A DNA stretch of 64,000 nt. Source: an uncultured Gemmatimonadales bacterium (lineage in GTDB: Bacteria; Gemmatimonadota; Gemmatimonadetes; Longimicrobiales; RSA9). This document shows positions 1-12,199 of this stretch, piece after piece. Below the pieces are notes generated by a model. The model made no database searches. It saw only the letters and a list, made by a program, of their open reading frames with translations, and had not been told where the DNA came from. Position numbers and translations under genes: made by a program. Each line of letters starts with the position of its first letter. The first letter of the stretch is position 1. The DNA lies in the NCBI GenBank assembly GCA_963741945.1, contig CAVUKA010000008.1, forward strand, positions 132,728 to 196,727, given 5' to 3'.

Positions 1-5
1 AGACG

Positions 6-3000
6 TTGCGGATCCGGGGCGGCTCCATCGCCTGGAAGGACGGCTCGGGTCCCCCGTTCCTGCGGGTCAGCTCACTCGCGTTCTCCGTCAGCGTTCCAGG
101 CGCCACGAGCGGGGAGATCGTGGCATCGAACGGCGTCATCCGGAGCCCGGAGATCCACCTCATCAAGGCTGGCGGGAGCTGGAACTACGAGAAGATCCTG
201 GCGCCGCTGCTCAATCGAGCCGGCGGGAGCGGGCCCGGTGCTGCCGTGACGCTGCGCGACTTCGCCGTCCAGAACGGGGCCGTGACGCTGCGCATGCCGG
301 GGGGCACCTACCGTGCCGACAGCCTGGTCGTGGCGCTCACGTCGGCACGGCTGGCCGGCCCGCAGGTCGAGCATCCGGTGTTTCAGATCGAGCGCGCGGC
401 CGCGCGGCTTATGCTCCCCGACAGCTCGGGAACGGTCGAGCGGCAGATCGCGATCCGGGACGCGCGCCTGGAGATGGCGAATGGGGTCCAGTTCGATATC
501 GGGCGGCTGCGCCTGGGCACATCCACGATGGCGAACGCCTCCGGCCGCTGGAGCCCTTCCCTCGGCGGCATCGGGCTACGCGCCGATATTGCGGTCACGA
601 ACCTCCAGCTGGCGGACATCCCGTGGCTGAAAACGGAGGTTCCGGAAGGGGCGCACGGCAGCGCGCATCTGGCCATTCGGCCGATCGGTGCGCAGCGCAC
701 GGCCATCGCGGTCACGGACCTGGATCTCAGCGCGCCCGGATCTCACGCCACCGGCTCGCTCCGGGCGGCGTTCGGCGCCGGCGGCCCGACTCTGGAGTCC
801 GTGGACATGCGGGTGAGCCCGCTCAAACTATCGCTCGTGGAGGCGTTCACCGGGCCACTTCCCGTCGGCGGTGAGTTGCAGGGCCGGATTCACGGGACCG
901 GTGAACAGGTGGCGTTCAACCTCCAGGGCCGCCTGGCACAGGGAGGGACCGGGGAGGCGTTCACGACCAACCTGACGGGAACGGCCAGTGTCGCGGGAGG
1001 GCAGGTTCAGCTGGGACAGCTCACGGCCGAGCTCAACCAGGTCCCGCTTTCGATGCTGCGACAGTTCGCCCCCGGGCTGCCCGTAGCCGGCGCCATGAGT
1101 GGCACGGTCACACTGAACGGCGCCCCCGGACAGGGGCCGCTCAACCTGGACGTGCGGCTGGAAGCGGGCGGCGGCGTGATCACGGTTGCGGGGATGGTGA
1201 ACCTCCAGCAGCCCGTTCCGTCCTACGATCTGCACGGCCGTCTCGTCGGCGTGGAGATGCGGCAGCTCATCGCTCCGGCGGTGCCCGCGGTCCAGGTCCA
1301 CGGCACCTTCCAGCTCTCCGGCACGGGGCTGCAGCCGGAGATCGCCGACGCCACGGTACAGGTCAACGGCGGCTTCACGGGATGGCGGAGTCAGCCGGGC
1401 GACACCCTCGCCCTGGTGGCGGAAGCGACGCACGGTCTGCTGCGGGCGCAAACGGCGCGCGTCGACCTGGGTCCGATAACACTGTCCGCCAGCGGCGAGT
1501 GGCGCTTCGCCAACGGAACCGGAGGCGCGCTGTCGTACGACGTCGCCATCGCCTCGCTCCAGCCGCTGGCACCCTACTTCCCCGCCGATTCCGCCGGTGT
1601 GCGCCCGTTCGTGACAGGCGACGTCAGCGCGCGAGGGACCATCACCGGGACGCTCCAGAAGCCAGCCGTGAAAGGGACGGTCCAAGCCCACGACCTCCGC
1701 TACGGCGCGTGGGCGGCGGGAGACCTGAGCGGCAGCTACGATGTCCGGACCGAAACCGCGCTCCCCGACGTGGTCGCCAAGCTGTCGGGCAAAGGCATTC
1801 GCACTCCTGGCGGCGGCTTCGAAGCGGTCGACCTGGATGTGGATTTCGCGGAACCCACTCTCGCCATCGTCCTGGACGCCACCCAGACCGGGGGCGGCGT
1901 CGTACAGTTCGAGGCGAACGGGCGCCTGGACGATACTGGCGCGCGGGAGATCCTGATCCGGAAAGCCGAGATGGACCTGCACGGCAACCGCTGGCGGCTG
2001 CCGGAGCCCGCCCGCATCGCCTGGCAGGAGGGCGAGGCCGTGCACGTGAACGACCTCCGGTTCCAGCAGGTGAAGGGGGACGGGATGGCACGTGTGGACG
2101 GCGTCCTCGCCCCGGCCGACCAGACGGACTTCAACGTGGAGATCCGGCAGCTTCCGATCGGCGAGATCCTGGCACTGACCGGGTCCACGATACCGGTCCA
2201 GGGGGTGCTGAGCCTGGAAGGCTCCGTACAGGGTCCGACGCAGAGCCCCAGCGTTTCACTCCAGCTTCGGCTGGATGATGGGTCGGTGCGTGGGGTGACC
2301 GTGCGACAGATCACGGGCGATGTGGGCTACGGAGACGGTCGCGTGACGTTCCGTGCCACCGGCCTCCTCGGTGACTCCGCGCGCATCGACGTGACGGCCG
2401 CGGCCGGCGCGGCCATGACGCTCGGCCTGCCGCCGTCCTTCAGCCTGGACCGGAGTGCGCCAGTCCAGGGCCACCTGACGACGGAGCGCTTCCCGCTGGC
2501 GACGCTGGACCCCGGAGTCCGAACGATCACGAACATCGCCGGGCAGCTTTCTGCCGACATGCGCCTCGGCGGGACCCCCACCGCTCCGGAGCTCGGTGGG
2601 TCGATGGAGATCCGCGATGGCGCCGCCACCGTGCCGCTCCTGGACCAGCGCTATGAGAACGTCGAGGGGACAGCGACACTGACCGGCCGCGTTGTGACGC
2701 TCCACGACATCTCCGTCTCCAGCGGCGGTACGGCCGTGGCCTCGGGGCGCGTCACCCTCGAGGAGCTCACGAATCCGCAGCTGGACATCTCGGTGCAGCT
2801 GAACGGGTTCCAGCCGCAGGGCGTGAGCGGCGAGAACGATGCGGGCGCATGGGGATCTCTCGCCGTTCGGGGGTCCATGACCCGGCCGACCATCTCAGGG
2901 GACGTGACTCTCCGCGACGGCGCTCTCAGCCTCGCCCCCGTCGAGCAGGCCAGCTTCGGACAGGATCTCCTCGGGGCGACGCAGCAGTTCGACCTGCTCC

Positions 3001-3863
3001 AGGGGAACCTCACGATGGCCGAGCCCGCAACCCGCGGGTTCGGCATCGACAATCTCCACGTGACCGCCGGGAACGATCTCTGGTTCGTGATGAAGGAAGG
3101 GCGTGCGCAGCTCGCCGGCACGCTCACGATCGACCGATCGGCTGGAGACTTCAGCATCCAGGGCCGCCTGACCGGAGACCAGGGAAGGTTCACGGTCAGC
3201 GCGGGCCCCGGCATCACGCGGCAGTTCCAGCTCGTCGACGCCACGGTCCGCTTCTATGGTGGCCCCGCGCCGAACCCATCCCTGGACATCACGGCTTCGC
3301 GCACAGTGCGGACGGGGCCGAACACGCGCGTGGACGTGCGTATCCGGGTGACCGGCACCATCGACAACCTGAAGGTGAGCCTGGCATCGGCGAACGGCGG
3401 CGCCCTCCCCCAGTCGGAGCTGTTGTGCTTCCTGGCCGTGGGACGATCGTGCACCGAGGTGGCCAACGCCGGTGGCCAGTCGCTGTTCGGGGAGGCCGCG
3501 GCGTTGTACGGGATCACGGACGTGTTCGCGTCCCGCATCGGTCCGCAGCTGGGCTTGGACTACTTCGAGATCCAGAGCCGCCCCGGCGCCAGCCTGGACC
3601 AGCTCTACGTCGTGGCCGGCAAGGAGATCCCGTTCCTCCAGGACTTCTGGGTGAACGTCGAGTCGCCGGTCAGTGGGAACAACATCGCCGCGTACTCCAC
3701 CGTTTCGCTGGAATGGCAGTTCAACCCGAGCGGAACGCTGGAAGCGAGCTACGCCCCGCCCGAAAGCCTGCGAAATGTGACGACCGGCCGCCCCGTGCCC
3801 AGCGAGTACCTGGTGTCCACACGGCAGCTCTTCATCGCGACGCGATGGCGCTGGACCTATTGA
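6..3863 (+). CDS. tamB: Translocation and assembly module TamB / AsmA-like protein (5' end probably outside the window)
   Basis: 1285-aa beta-rich repetitive protein. The C-terminus is DUF490-like (PNPSLDITASRTV..., VRIRVTGTIDNLKVSLAS, LPQSELLCFLAVGR) and ends in a beta-strand. Confidence 0.8.
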   Translation: MRIRGGSIAWKDGSGPPFLRVSSLAFSVSVPGATSGEIVASNGVIRSPEIHLIKAGGSWNYEKILAPLLNRAGGSGPGAAVTLRDFAVQNGAVTLRMPGGTYRADSLVVALTSARLAGPQVEHPVFQIERAAARLMLPDSSGTVERQIAIRDARLEMANGVQFDIGRLRLGTSTMANASGRWSPSLGGIGLRADIAVTNLQLADIPWLKTEVPEGAHGSAHLAIRPIGAQRTAIAVTDLDLSAPGSHATGSLRAAFGAGGPTLESVDMRVSPLKLSLVEAFTGPLPVGGELQGRIHGTGEQVAFNLQGRLAQGGTGEAFTTNLTGTASVAGGQVQLGQLTAELNQVPLSMLRQFAPGLPVAGAMSGTVTLNGAPGQGPLNLDVRLEAGGGVITVAGMVNLQQPVPSYDLHGRLVGVEMRQLIAPAVPAVQVHGTFQLSGTGLQPEIADATVQVNGGFTGWRSQPGDTLALVAEATHGLLRAQTARVDLGPITLSASGEWRFANGTGGALSYDVAIASLQPLAPYFPADSAGVRPFVTGDVSARGTITGTLQKPAVKGTVQAHDLRYGAWAAGDLSGSYDVRTETALPDVVAKLSGKGIRTPGGGFEAVDLDVDFAEPTLAIVLDATQTGGGVVQFEANGRLDDTGAREILIRKAEMDLHGNRWRLPEPARIAWQEGEAVHVNDLRFQQVKGDGMARVDGVLAPADQTDFNVEIRQLPIGEILALTGSTIPVQGVLSLEGSVQGPTQSPSVSLQLRLDDGSVRGVTVRQITGDVGYGDGRVTFRATGLLGDSARIDVTAAAGAAMTLGLPPSFSLDRSAPVQGHLTTERFPLATLDPGVRTITNIAGQLSADMRLGGTPTAPELGGSMEIRDGAATVPLLDQRYENVEGTATLTGRVVTLHDISVSSGGTAVASGRVTLEELTNPQLDISVQLNGFQPQGVSGENDAGAWGSLAVRGSMTRPTISGDVTLRDGALSLAPVEQASFGQDLLGATQQFDLLQGNLTMAEPATRGFGIDNLHVTAGNDLWFVMKEGRAQLAGTLTIDRSAGDFSIQGRLTGDQGRFTVSAGPGITRQFQLVDATVRFYGGPAPNPSLDITASRTVRTGPNTRVDVRIRVTGTIDNLKVSLASANGGALPQSELLCFLAVGRSCTEVANAGGQSLFGEAAALYGITDVFASRIGPQLGLDYFEIQSRPGASLDQLYVVAGKEIPFLQDFWVNVESPVSGNNIAAYSTVSLEWQFNPSGTLEASYAPPESLRNVTTGRPVPSEYLVSTRQLFIATRWRWTY

Positions 3864-4764
3864 CGCATTCCAGTGCCGCGCGCGCCACGTGGCCTCGGAC
3901 CTCCGCCACCGTGCGCGCCGACACCAGGCCGCGGGCGTCCCTGCCGCGACCATCGAGCCGCTCCCGCACCCACGCTGGCGCTCCCGGCCACACCAGCACC
4001 GGGCCGTCGCCTTCCACCTGGAAGGTGGACGGGTCCGTCGGGCGGAGCACGCGCACACGCCCGGCAGGGCCTGCCAGGCCCCGGCGCAGCGCGCGCCGCA
4101 GCTCCAGCTCGAGGCCACGCGTCCCCACCACCACCGTCACCGGCTGCTGCTCCGCGTACCTCCGGAGATCCGCGAAGAGACCCGGCGAGAGCGTAAGTCG
4201 CACCACGCTCCGGCGGAGCCCCCGCGGAAGAAGCGCGGCGGCCAGAGGCGTCGCGATCACGAAGGGGGCTTCCCGGAATACGCCCGCGCCATCCCCCGCG
4301 CCTTCGGGCGAGCAGGGCCTCGCATCCACGTCCACGAGCGACCTGATCTCGTTGGCGAGCAGCGCCGCGTGGCCAGGATCTCCGTCCACGACCGGGATCG
4401 GCCGTTCCTGCACCACGGCCACACCCTGCAGCAGTCGCGACACGGAATCCGTGTCCAGCCCCAACTCGAACGCGCTGTTCAGTGTGGTTTCCAGCCACTG
4501 CCGGTGCAGGCTGCCCAGCGGATCCTGCGCTTCCGCCTGGCGCGGACCGCACAGGTACACGCCCGAACGCGCTTCCACCGCCACCAGTCCTTCTTTCGCC
4601 AGGCGACGATACGCGGCCGCAGCCGTTTTCCGGTCCACCTCCTCCATTGCCGCCACCTGCCGCACGCTCGGCAGCCGGTCGCCCGGCGCCCATGTGCCAA
4701 AGTACAACCCCACGAGGATTCGCTCCCGCAGGCGATCGAGCACGAGTGATCCGGCCTTGCGCAC
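3832..4764 (-). CDS. GntR-family transcriptional regulator with an uncharacterised C-terminal domain
   Basis: wHTH motif DRLRERILVGLYFGTWAPGDRLPSVRQVA...TAAAAYRRLAKEGLV...RSGVY. Start moved to GTG 4764 because AGGAGG lies just upstream. Confidence 0.8.
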   Translation of the reverse strand: MRKAGSLVLDRLRERILVGLYFGTWAPGDRLPSVRQVAAMEEVDRKTAAAAYRRLAKEGLVAVEARSGVYLCGPRQAEAQDPLGSLHRQWLETTLNSAFELGLDTDSVSRLLQGVAVVQERPIPVVDGDPGHAALLANEIRSLVDVDARPCSPEGAGDGAGVFREAPFVIATPLAAALLPRGLRRSVVRLTLSPGLFADLRRYAEQQPVTVVVGTRGLELELRRALRRGLAGPAGRVRVLRPTDPSTFQVEGDGPVLVWPGAPAWVRERLDGRGRDARGLVSARTVAEVRGHVARAALECVNRSSAIASR

Positions 4765-4789
4765 CAGAGCCCTCCTGTCCTCTTCTTGG

Positions 4790-4818
4790 AGTTTACCGCG
4801 TTCTTTGGACGACGGCGA
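4790..4818 (-). promoter_or_regulatory. Putative sigma70 promoter of the gntR gene
   Basis: TCGCCG-N17-TAAACT on the minus strand, about 25 nt upstream of the start. Confidence 0.45.
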
Positions 4819-4850
4819 AGGCAATCCGCGTTCCACGTCGACGTGATTCC

Positions 4851-6644
4851 GTGTTTGAAGCCACTCTTCTTGTGCTCTTTTCCGTGGCCGCCGGCCAGAC
4901 GGCGCCGCAGGACTCCGTCCGCGCCCTGAAGCGGCACGCGGAGTCCGCCGCCTTCTACTACGAGTCGCTGCTCCGCCGGCTGGCGCCCGAGATGTACGGC
5001 CGCACCCACGAGGGCCGGTGCGATGAGGTCATCGGCCGCTTCTGCTTCACCTACGATGATCCGGACGTGCCGCCACCGGCCCCCGCCCCGCCCCCGGCGC
5101 CGGCCGTCCAGGCGCGCCTTGCGGCGCTGCGCGCGCACCGCCGCTGGTTCTCGGCCGATCCGGCGGATCCGGTGGCCGCGGGCCGGGTGATCGGGTACCT
5201 GGTGGATGATGACCGGCCCTCGGAGGCGGTGGCCACGGCCAGGACGCACGCCTGGGCGGCGAAGAATGCGCCCGAAAGCCTGATGCTGCTGGGGCTGGCG
5301 CTGCACGAGGCCGGGCAGTTCGCCGCAGCCGAGTCGGCATTCGACCGCGCGCTCGTCGCCATGCCCGACGAGGACCGCGAAGCCCTCGATGACGTTTCCG
5401 TCCTGCTCGACGGGGACGAGCGGAAGGCGTACCGGCGTCTCGGTCCGGAGGAGCGGCGGCGGTACCTCGCCCGCTTCTGGGCATTCTCCGATCCGTCGCT
5501 TCTCGAGCCGGGAAACGAGCGGCGGTCCGCCCACTACGCCCGGCATGCCTGGGCCACGATCCTGTCGCGGACGCCGAAGGCCGCGGGTATGCAGAGCTGG
5601 GGATCGGACCAGGAAGAGATCCTGCTGAGATTCGGACGGCCAGTGCGCCGGGAACGGCAGCATCAATACGTGCGGAGCCTGGAGCCGAGGCTCTCGATGG
5701 TCGAGTGGTTCGATCCTCACATGGTGTCGTTCGTCCCGGAGCACCTGGCCACGGAGGGCATCCCGTTCCCCTACCCGCCCGGGTGGCGCCCCGACCTGGA
5801 GCGCGACACCGCCCACTCCCAGTATGCGCCCGTCCGCCTGCACCGCATGCACGCGCTGTTGTTCCAGAGCGCGGTGCTGGCGGGCCCGTCCCCCGTGCTC
5901 CGCGTGGACGCACTGCTCCCTCCCGACACCTCCCGTCCGTTCCTCCCGGAGCGGCCGCGCGGGCTCCTCGCGATCCTGGACACCATGGGAACGGAGATCG
6001 CCCGGATCGAAGCGGGTGTCAGGGTCGATTCGACGCTCGGCACGGTGCTCACCGGCGCCCTCCCCGTGGCGCCCGGGAGCTACATCGTGCGTGTGGAAGT
6101 GGCGGACGACTCCACCGGTCTCGGCGGGCTGGCGCAGTTCCGCGCGGACGTGCCGGCGAGGCGCGGCCTGTCGCTCTCCGACCTGCTCGTTTGCCGCCCG
6201 TTCCCGCCGGGAGAAGCGCCGGACGGCCGCGGCGACGACCTGCTCCGGCCGCTGCCCTCGCTGGTCATCCCTCCCGATCAGCCGGTGGGCCTGTATGTCG
6301 AGGTGGACGGCCTGCCCCGCGTGGCCGGAGAGGCACGCTACTCGGTGGCTTGGGAGGTCGAGTCCGTGGACGAGGCCGGCGCCATCGGACGGGCCGTGCG
6401 CTGGCTGGGACGGCGCCTCGGGCTGGCGCAGCGGGAGCGACCGGTGACGGTGGCGTGGGAGGACTCCTCCCCGGACGACCCCGTGGTGGTGGCGTTCACG
6501 CTCGATCTCTCCAGCTCACGGGAGGGGCTGAAGCGCGTGACCGTGGAAGTCACCGATGCCGTCAGCGGGGCGTCGGCGACGACGTCGCGGCTGGTGCGGA
6601 TTCGGGCGGGGGCGCCGTGGGCACCCGGCCGAGACCATAGGTGA
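4851..6644 (+). CDS. Exported GWxTD-domain protein with TPR-like and C-terminal Ig-like regions
   Basis: Signal peptide from GTG 4851 (VFEATLLVLFSVAAGQTA). Motifs FWAFSDPSLLEPGNERRSAHYAR, SWGSDQEEILLRFGRP and LSLSDLL are typical of GWxTD proteins. Confidence 0.7.
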   Translation: MFEATLLVLFSVAAGQTAPQDSVRALKRHAESAAFYYESLLRRLAPEMYGRTHEGRCDEVIGRFCFTYDDPDVPPPAPAPPPAPAVQARLAALRAHRRWFSADPADPVAAGRVIGYLVDDDRPSEAVATARTHAWAAKNAPESLMLLGLALHEAGQFAAAESAFDRALVAMPDEDREALDDVSVLLDGDERKAYRRLGPEERRRYLARFWAFSDPSLLEPGNERRSAHYARHAWATILSRTPKAAGMQSWGSDQEEILLRFGRPVRRERQHQYVRSLEPRLSMVEWFDPHMVSFVPEHLATEGIPFPYPPGWRPDLERDTAHSQYAPVRLHRMHALLFQSAVLAGPSPVLRVDALLPPDTSRPFLPERPRGLLAILDTMGTEIARIEAGVRVDSTLGTVLTGALPVAPGSYIVRVEVADDSTGLGGLAQFRADVPARRGLSLSDLLVCRPFPPGEAPDGRGDDLLRPLPSLVIPPDQPVGLYVEVDGLPRVAGEARYSVAWEVESVDEAGAIGRAVRWLGRRLGLAQRERPVTVAWEDSSPDDPVVVAFTLDLSSSREGLKRVTVEVTDAVSGASATTSRLVRIRAGAPWAPGRDHR

Positions 6645-7542
6645 GGCCGACTTCGAGACGGACCGCACGCACGAGCTCGACGGCTGCGTCGGCGTAGTGT
6701 GCGGAGCGAGGAATGCCGAACGCCAGCGACGAGGAGTCGCCCGCGGCCAGCAGACCACCGGCGGGAGCGGTGCCGAGAGGGGTCCGGAAGAGCTGAGTGG
6801 TCGCCTGGACCCGTGCCGCCGCGCGGTCGCTCAGCGGAACCATCGCTCCCACGGCTGCCTGCACCGCAGCGCGCATGCGGGACTGCACGAGGTCGCCGGC
6901 GCCCGGGAAAACGGTGCCTGGCCCCGCGTCGATCCCCCAGTTCAGCGCTGCGGCGCCGAGCTCCACGTACGGGCGGAGGCGGCCGGCCGATGGGATCCGA
7001 TACTGGAGCGCTGCCTCCCAGGTCGTGATCCGCACCGCCCGCTCCCCGGCCACGGGGAGGCGCGCCGCGCGGTTCGCGCTGGCGGTGTCGTCAGCGGCGA
7101 ACTCCGCCTTCAACGACCCGGTCGCCATGGTGACCCCCACTCGCACGCCCCACCGTGGCGTGGTATTGAAGATCGCCGAGATACCGATCGCGCGGCCGGC
7201 CTCCACGCCGATGCTGCGGCGCACCGTGGTGCTGACAGGCTCACCACCCGCGCTCCAGCTGGCGAGGTCGGCGGCCTGGGTCTGAAGGTCCGTGAAGCGC
7301 GCCAGTCCGCCGGACAGCGCGAAGAGGAGGCGAGGAACGGGTCGAGGAGGACGGACGGCGGCGGCGATCGTGTCCGTCCCCAGGCTGTCCGCGGGAGCAC
7401 CGGAGGGCAGCGTATCCCCGGCCGCATCGGTGGGGGACGCCGGAGGGGCCGCAGTGTCCGCCGGCTCCTGCGCACCTGCCGCGCCGGGCACGAGTGCCGC
7501 GGTCAGCGCGACGCTCAGGCCGAGGAGCCGCCACGCAGTCAC
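6562..7542 (-). CDS. Putative outer-membrane beta-barrel protein
   Basis: Signal peptide, Pro/Ala/Asp linker, amphipathic strands (LRPYVELGAAAL, VRLEVGLTY). Confidence 0.6.
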   Translation of the reverse strand: MTAWRLLGLSVALTAALVPGAAGAQEPADTAAPPASPTDAAGDTLPSGAPADSLGTDTIAAAVRPPRPVPRLLFALSGGLARFTDLQTQAADLASWSAGGEPVSTTVRRSIGVEAGRAIGISAIFNTTPRWGVRVGVTMATGSLKAEFAADDTASANRAARLPVAGERAVRITTWEAALQYRIPSAGRLRPYVELGAAALNWGIDAGPGTVFPGAGDLVQSRMRAAVQAAVGAMVPLSDRAAARVQATTQLFRTPLGTAPAGGLLAAGDSSSLAFGIPRSAHYADAAVELVRAVRLEVGLTYGLGRVPTAPPPESAPAATSSPTPR

Positions 7543-7546
7543 GGGC

Positions 7547-8410
7547 TCAGCGTGGGGCGGCCGGCCGGGCGCCCCCGCGGGAGCCGGCGCGGCTCGCGGT
7601 TGGCGCGGTCACGGGCGCGTTGGCCGTGCGCTGCCAGATCACGGCGGCGCCGATGAGCAGTATGACGCTTGCCAGCTGCGAAGTCGTGAGGCCGAGGAGC
7701 ACGTGGTCCGTCTTGGCGCGGACGAACTCGATGGCGAAGCGCTCGATCCCGTACAGCGCCATGTAGACGGCGAACAGACGCCCGTCGCGCAGCTTCCCCG
7801 AGAGCCGCCACAGGATGGTGAAGATGATGAGTGCCAGTCCGATCTCGTACAGCTGGGTCGGGTGCACCGCGAGCACCGCGGAGTCGGGTATGTTGGCAGG
7901 GATCTCGGTCCCTATGGAGCGGAAGTAGCCGGCCGTGCTCGGCGGATACCCCTTGGGAAACGCGATTCCGACCCAGGAATCCGTGGGCCGACCGTAATCG
8001 TCCCCCACCAGGAAGCACCCCATCCGACCCACCGCGTATGCGATCGCCAGCGCCGGTGCCGTGGCGTCGAACGTGCGCGCCAGGGGGAGCTTCCGCTTGC
8101 GGGCCTGCCAGTAGAACGCCACCACGCCACCGATGAAGCCCCCGTACCAGACCAGCCCGCCGCGGTTCGTCAGCTCCTGGAGCGGGTTCGCCATCAGGTC
8201 ATCGACGTGGAGCGCGATGTAGTACAGCTTCGCTCCGAGAATGCCGCCGACCGCGATCCACAGGAGCATGTCCCAGGCGAGCTCGGGGTCCACGTCGCGC
8301 TTCTCGAACTGGCGCGCCAGGACCCAGGCGCCCACGACGAACGAGAGGAACATCATGAGGCCGAACGAGGTCACCGTGAAGTGACCGATCGTGAAGAGAT
8401 GGGGATACAT
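7547..8410 (-). CDS. lgt: Prolipoprotein diacylglyceryl transferase
   Basis: MYPHLFTIG start, GGLVWYGG, GRMGCFLVGDDYG, HPTQLYE, RFAIEFVR motifs. Confidence 0.93.
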   Translation of the reverse strand: MYPHLFTIGHFTVTSFGLMMFLSFVVGAWVLARQFEKRDVDPELAWDMLLWIAVGGILGAKLYYIALHVDDLMANPLQELTNRGGLVWYGGFIGGVVAFYWQARKRKLPLARTFDATAPALAIAYAVGRMGCFLVGDDYGRPTDSWVGIAFPKGYPPSTAGYFRSIGTEIPANIPDSAVLAVHPTQLYEIGLALIIFTILWRLSGKLRDGRLFAVYMALYGIERFAIEFVRAKTDHVLLGLTTSQLASVILLIGAAVIWQRTANAPVTAPTASRAGSRGGARPAAPR

Positions 8411-8580
8411 CCGATGCTCCGCTGGAGTCTCGCGCGCGTTGTCGTTACGGCCCTTCTACCGTCGGCGGACGCACAGGGTCCGCCCCCTCGACAGCGGCGA
8501 AAGGTAGTCCAGGTCCCGCGTGGACGCGAGGCCCGACCTGCGGGAACGGGGCAGGAACAGCGTCGCGGGAACGGGCCCGG

Positions 8581-9021
8581 TCAGCTCTGCCCTGCGCCCG
8601 TATCCGCCGGCGCCGCGGCGGTCCAGCGCCGCACCGAGAACACGATCACCCCTGCGCCTGCCACGAGAGCGAGGGCGGGCAGGAGATAGACGAGGAGGTT
8701 GAAGCCGGCGGCCCGGGGCTCGAGGAGCACCCACTCCCCGTACTTGCTGACGAAGTAGCCGCGGATCTCGGCTTCGGACTTACCGGCCGCGAGCTGTGTC
8801 CGGATCACGTCCTTCATTTCCTGGGCGAGAGGCGACGGCGAGTCCTGGATGGAGAGCCCCTGGCACACCGGACAGCGCAGCTCGGAGGAGATCCGGCTGG
8901 CCTCCGCCTCCATGGCCTGGTCCTCCAGCGGCCCCTTACGGGACAGCCCTTCTCGCTGTGCGGTCAGCTGCGCCGCAGCGATCGCCATCACCACCATGGT
9001 TCCTGCGATAAGCCGCATCAC
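8581..9021 (-). CDS. ccmH: Cytochrome c biogenesis protein CcmH/CycL
   Basis: LRCPVCQG...DSPSPLAQEMK...FVSKYGEWVLLEP. Confidence 0.93.
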   Translation of the reverse strand: MMRLIAGTMVVMAIAAAQLTAQREGLSRKGPLEDQAMEAEASRISSELRCPVCQGLSIQDSPSPLAQEMKDVIRTQLAAGKSEAEIRGYFVSKYGEWVLLEPRAAGFNLLVYLLPALALVAGAGVIVFSVRRWTAAAPADTGAGQS

Positions 9022-9607
9022 TTTCCTGCCTCCTCCGGCTGCTCGCCGCCCGGACGGGGCTCCGCGAGCAGCGCCTCGATCTCGGACATGAGCTGATCGT
9101 CGTATACGGCGCTGAAGACCTTCTTCCGCACGCGCCCGTCGCGGCCGATGAAGAACGTCTCCGGAACGCCCACGAGGCCGTAGTCGATGGCCACGCGCTG
9201 CCCCTCATCCGCCAGCGCAGGGTACACCATCCCGCCCAGCTGCCGAACATAGCTCCGGATCGCTGGGGCGCTGTCGTTGTACACCACGCCGAAGAAATGG
9301 ACGCCCCGGTCCGCGTACGCGCTCGCCACGCGGTTCAGGCTGCGGTGCTCGATCCGGCACGGGACGCACCAGGACGCGAAGAAGTTCAGTACGACCACGT
9401 CGCCCTGGAGCTCGGTCAGCCGGATGGTGTCGCCCGTCGTGGCCGGCCCGGTGCTGCTCAGGTTCATGATCGGCAGCGAGAAGTCCGGGGCGGGCTGGTC
9501 CACCAGAGGTGATGGGATGAGCCGGGGATCCCCGCGGCGCAGTCCGAACGTGAACAGCATGATCAGTGGGATGGCCACCACCATGGCGATCCCCGCGCGC
9601 TTCCAGC

Positions 9608-9611
<4 letters not shown>
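9018..9611 (-). CDS. ccmG: Thiol:disulfide interchange protein CcmG/DsbE
   Basis: PSPLV..PAPDF, LNFFASWCVPCRIEH, YGLVGVPETFFI; lies within the ccm operon. Confidence 0.9.
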
Positions 9612-11614
<2,003 letters not shown>

Positions 11615-11618
11615 GCCT

Positions 11619-12059
11619 CTATCCGTCCTCTCTGATCAGCGTCTTGTATGCGTCGACCGGCTTATGGCCGGCCGGCGGCGCCTTGTATTCGTTCGAGTGC
11701 TGCACCATGAGGTTCGTCGACTCGAAGATGCCCGCCTCGTGGTACGTCCCCTCGACCACCACCCCCATGGTGTCCTTGAACATGGCCGGCGGTGCCCCCT
11801 TCGAGTGGACCGCGAGGGTATCCTTGCCATCTGTAACGCGGAAACGGAGATCCAGCGCGTCTGCGTTCCACTGGATGGAGCCGGGAACCACCTGCCCTCC
11901 CAGCCGCACCGGTATGTCGTAGGCCGCGTTCCCCTTCGCCATGAGCTCCGACGGCGTGAGGAAGTAGACCAGGTTGCTCCCGAGCCCGCCCCAGACGAGA
12001 TACCCGAAGCCCGCCAGCACCAGAACGGCGCCCGCGATGCCGATCAGCTTCCGATTCAC
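11619..12059 (-). CDS. ccmE: Heme chaperone CcmE
   Basis: NLVYFLTPSE, VRLGGQVVPGSI, heme-binding HSNEY motif. Confidence 0.93.
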   Translation of the reverse strand: MNRKLIGIAGAVLVLAGFGYLVWGGLGSNLVYFLTPSELMAKGNAAYDIPVRLGGQVVPGSIQWNADALDLRFRVTDGKDTLAVHSKGAPPAMFKDTMGVVVEGTYHEAGIFESTNLMVQHSNEYKAPPAGHKPVDAYKTLIREDG

Positions 12060-12199
12060 TCCTCACCTCCCAGGTCGAGCAGGGCCCGGCGGGCCCGGCG
12101 CGTGAGGGCCATCAGCCGAACCGAGTAGCCGATCAGGACCACCCAGGCCACGGCGTAGGCTCCGATGACATACGACCAGACGTTCCCCGCATCAGACAT
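12056..12199 (-). CDS. ccmD: Heme exporter protein CcmD (47 aa, absent from the ORF track)
   Basis: MSDAGNVWSYVIGAYAVAWVVLIGYSVRLMALTRRARRALLDLGGEE. It has the YVxxAY transmembrane motif and a basic tail, sits between ccmC and ccmE, and has a GTGA overlap with ccmE. Confidence 0.85.
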   Translation of the reverse strand: MSDAGNVWSYVIGAYAVAWVVLIGYSVRLMALTRRARRALLDLGGEE

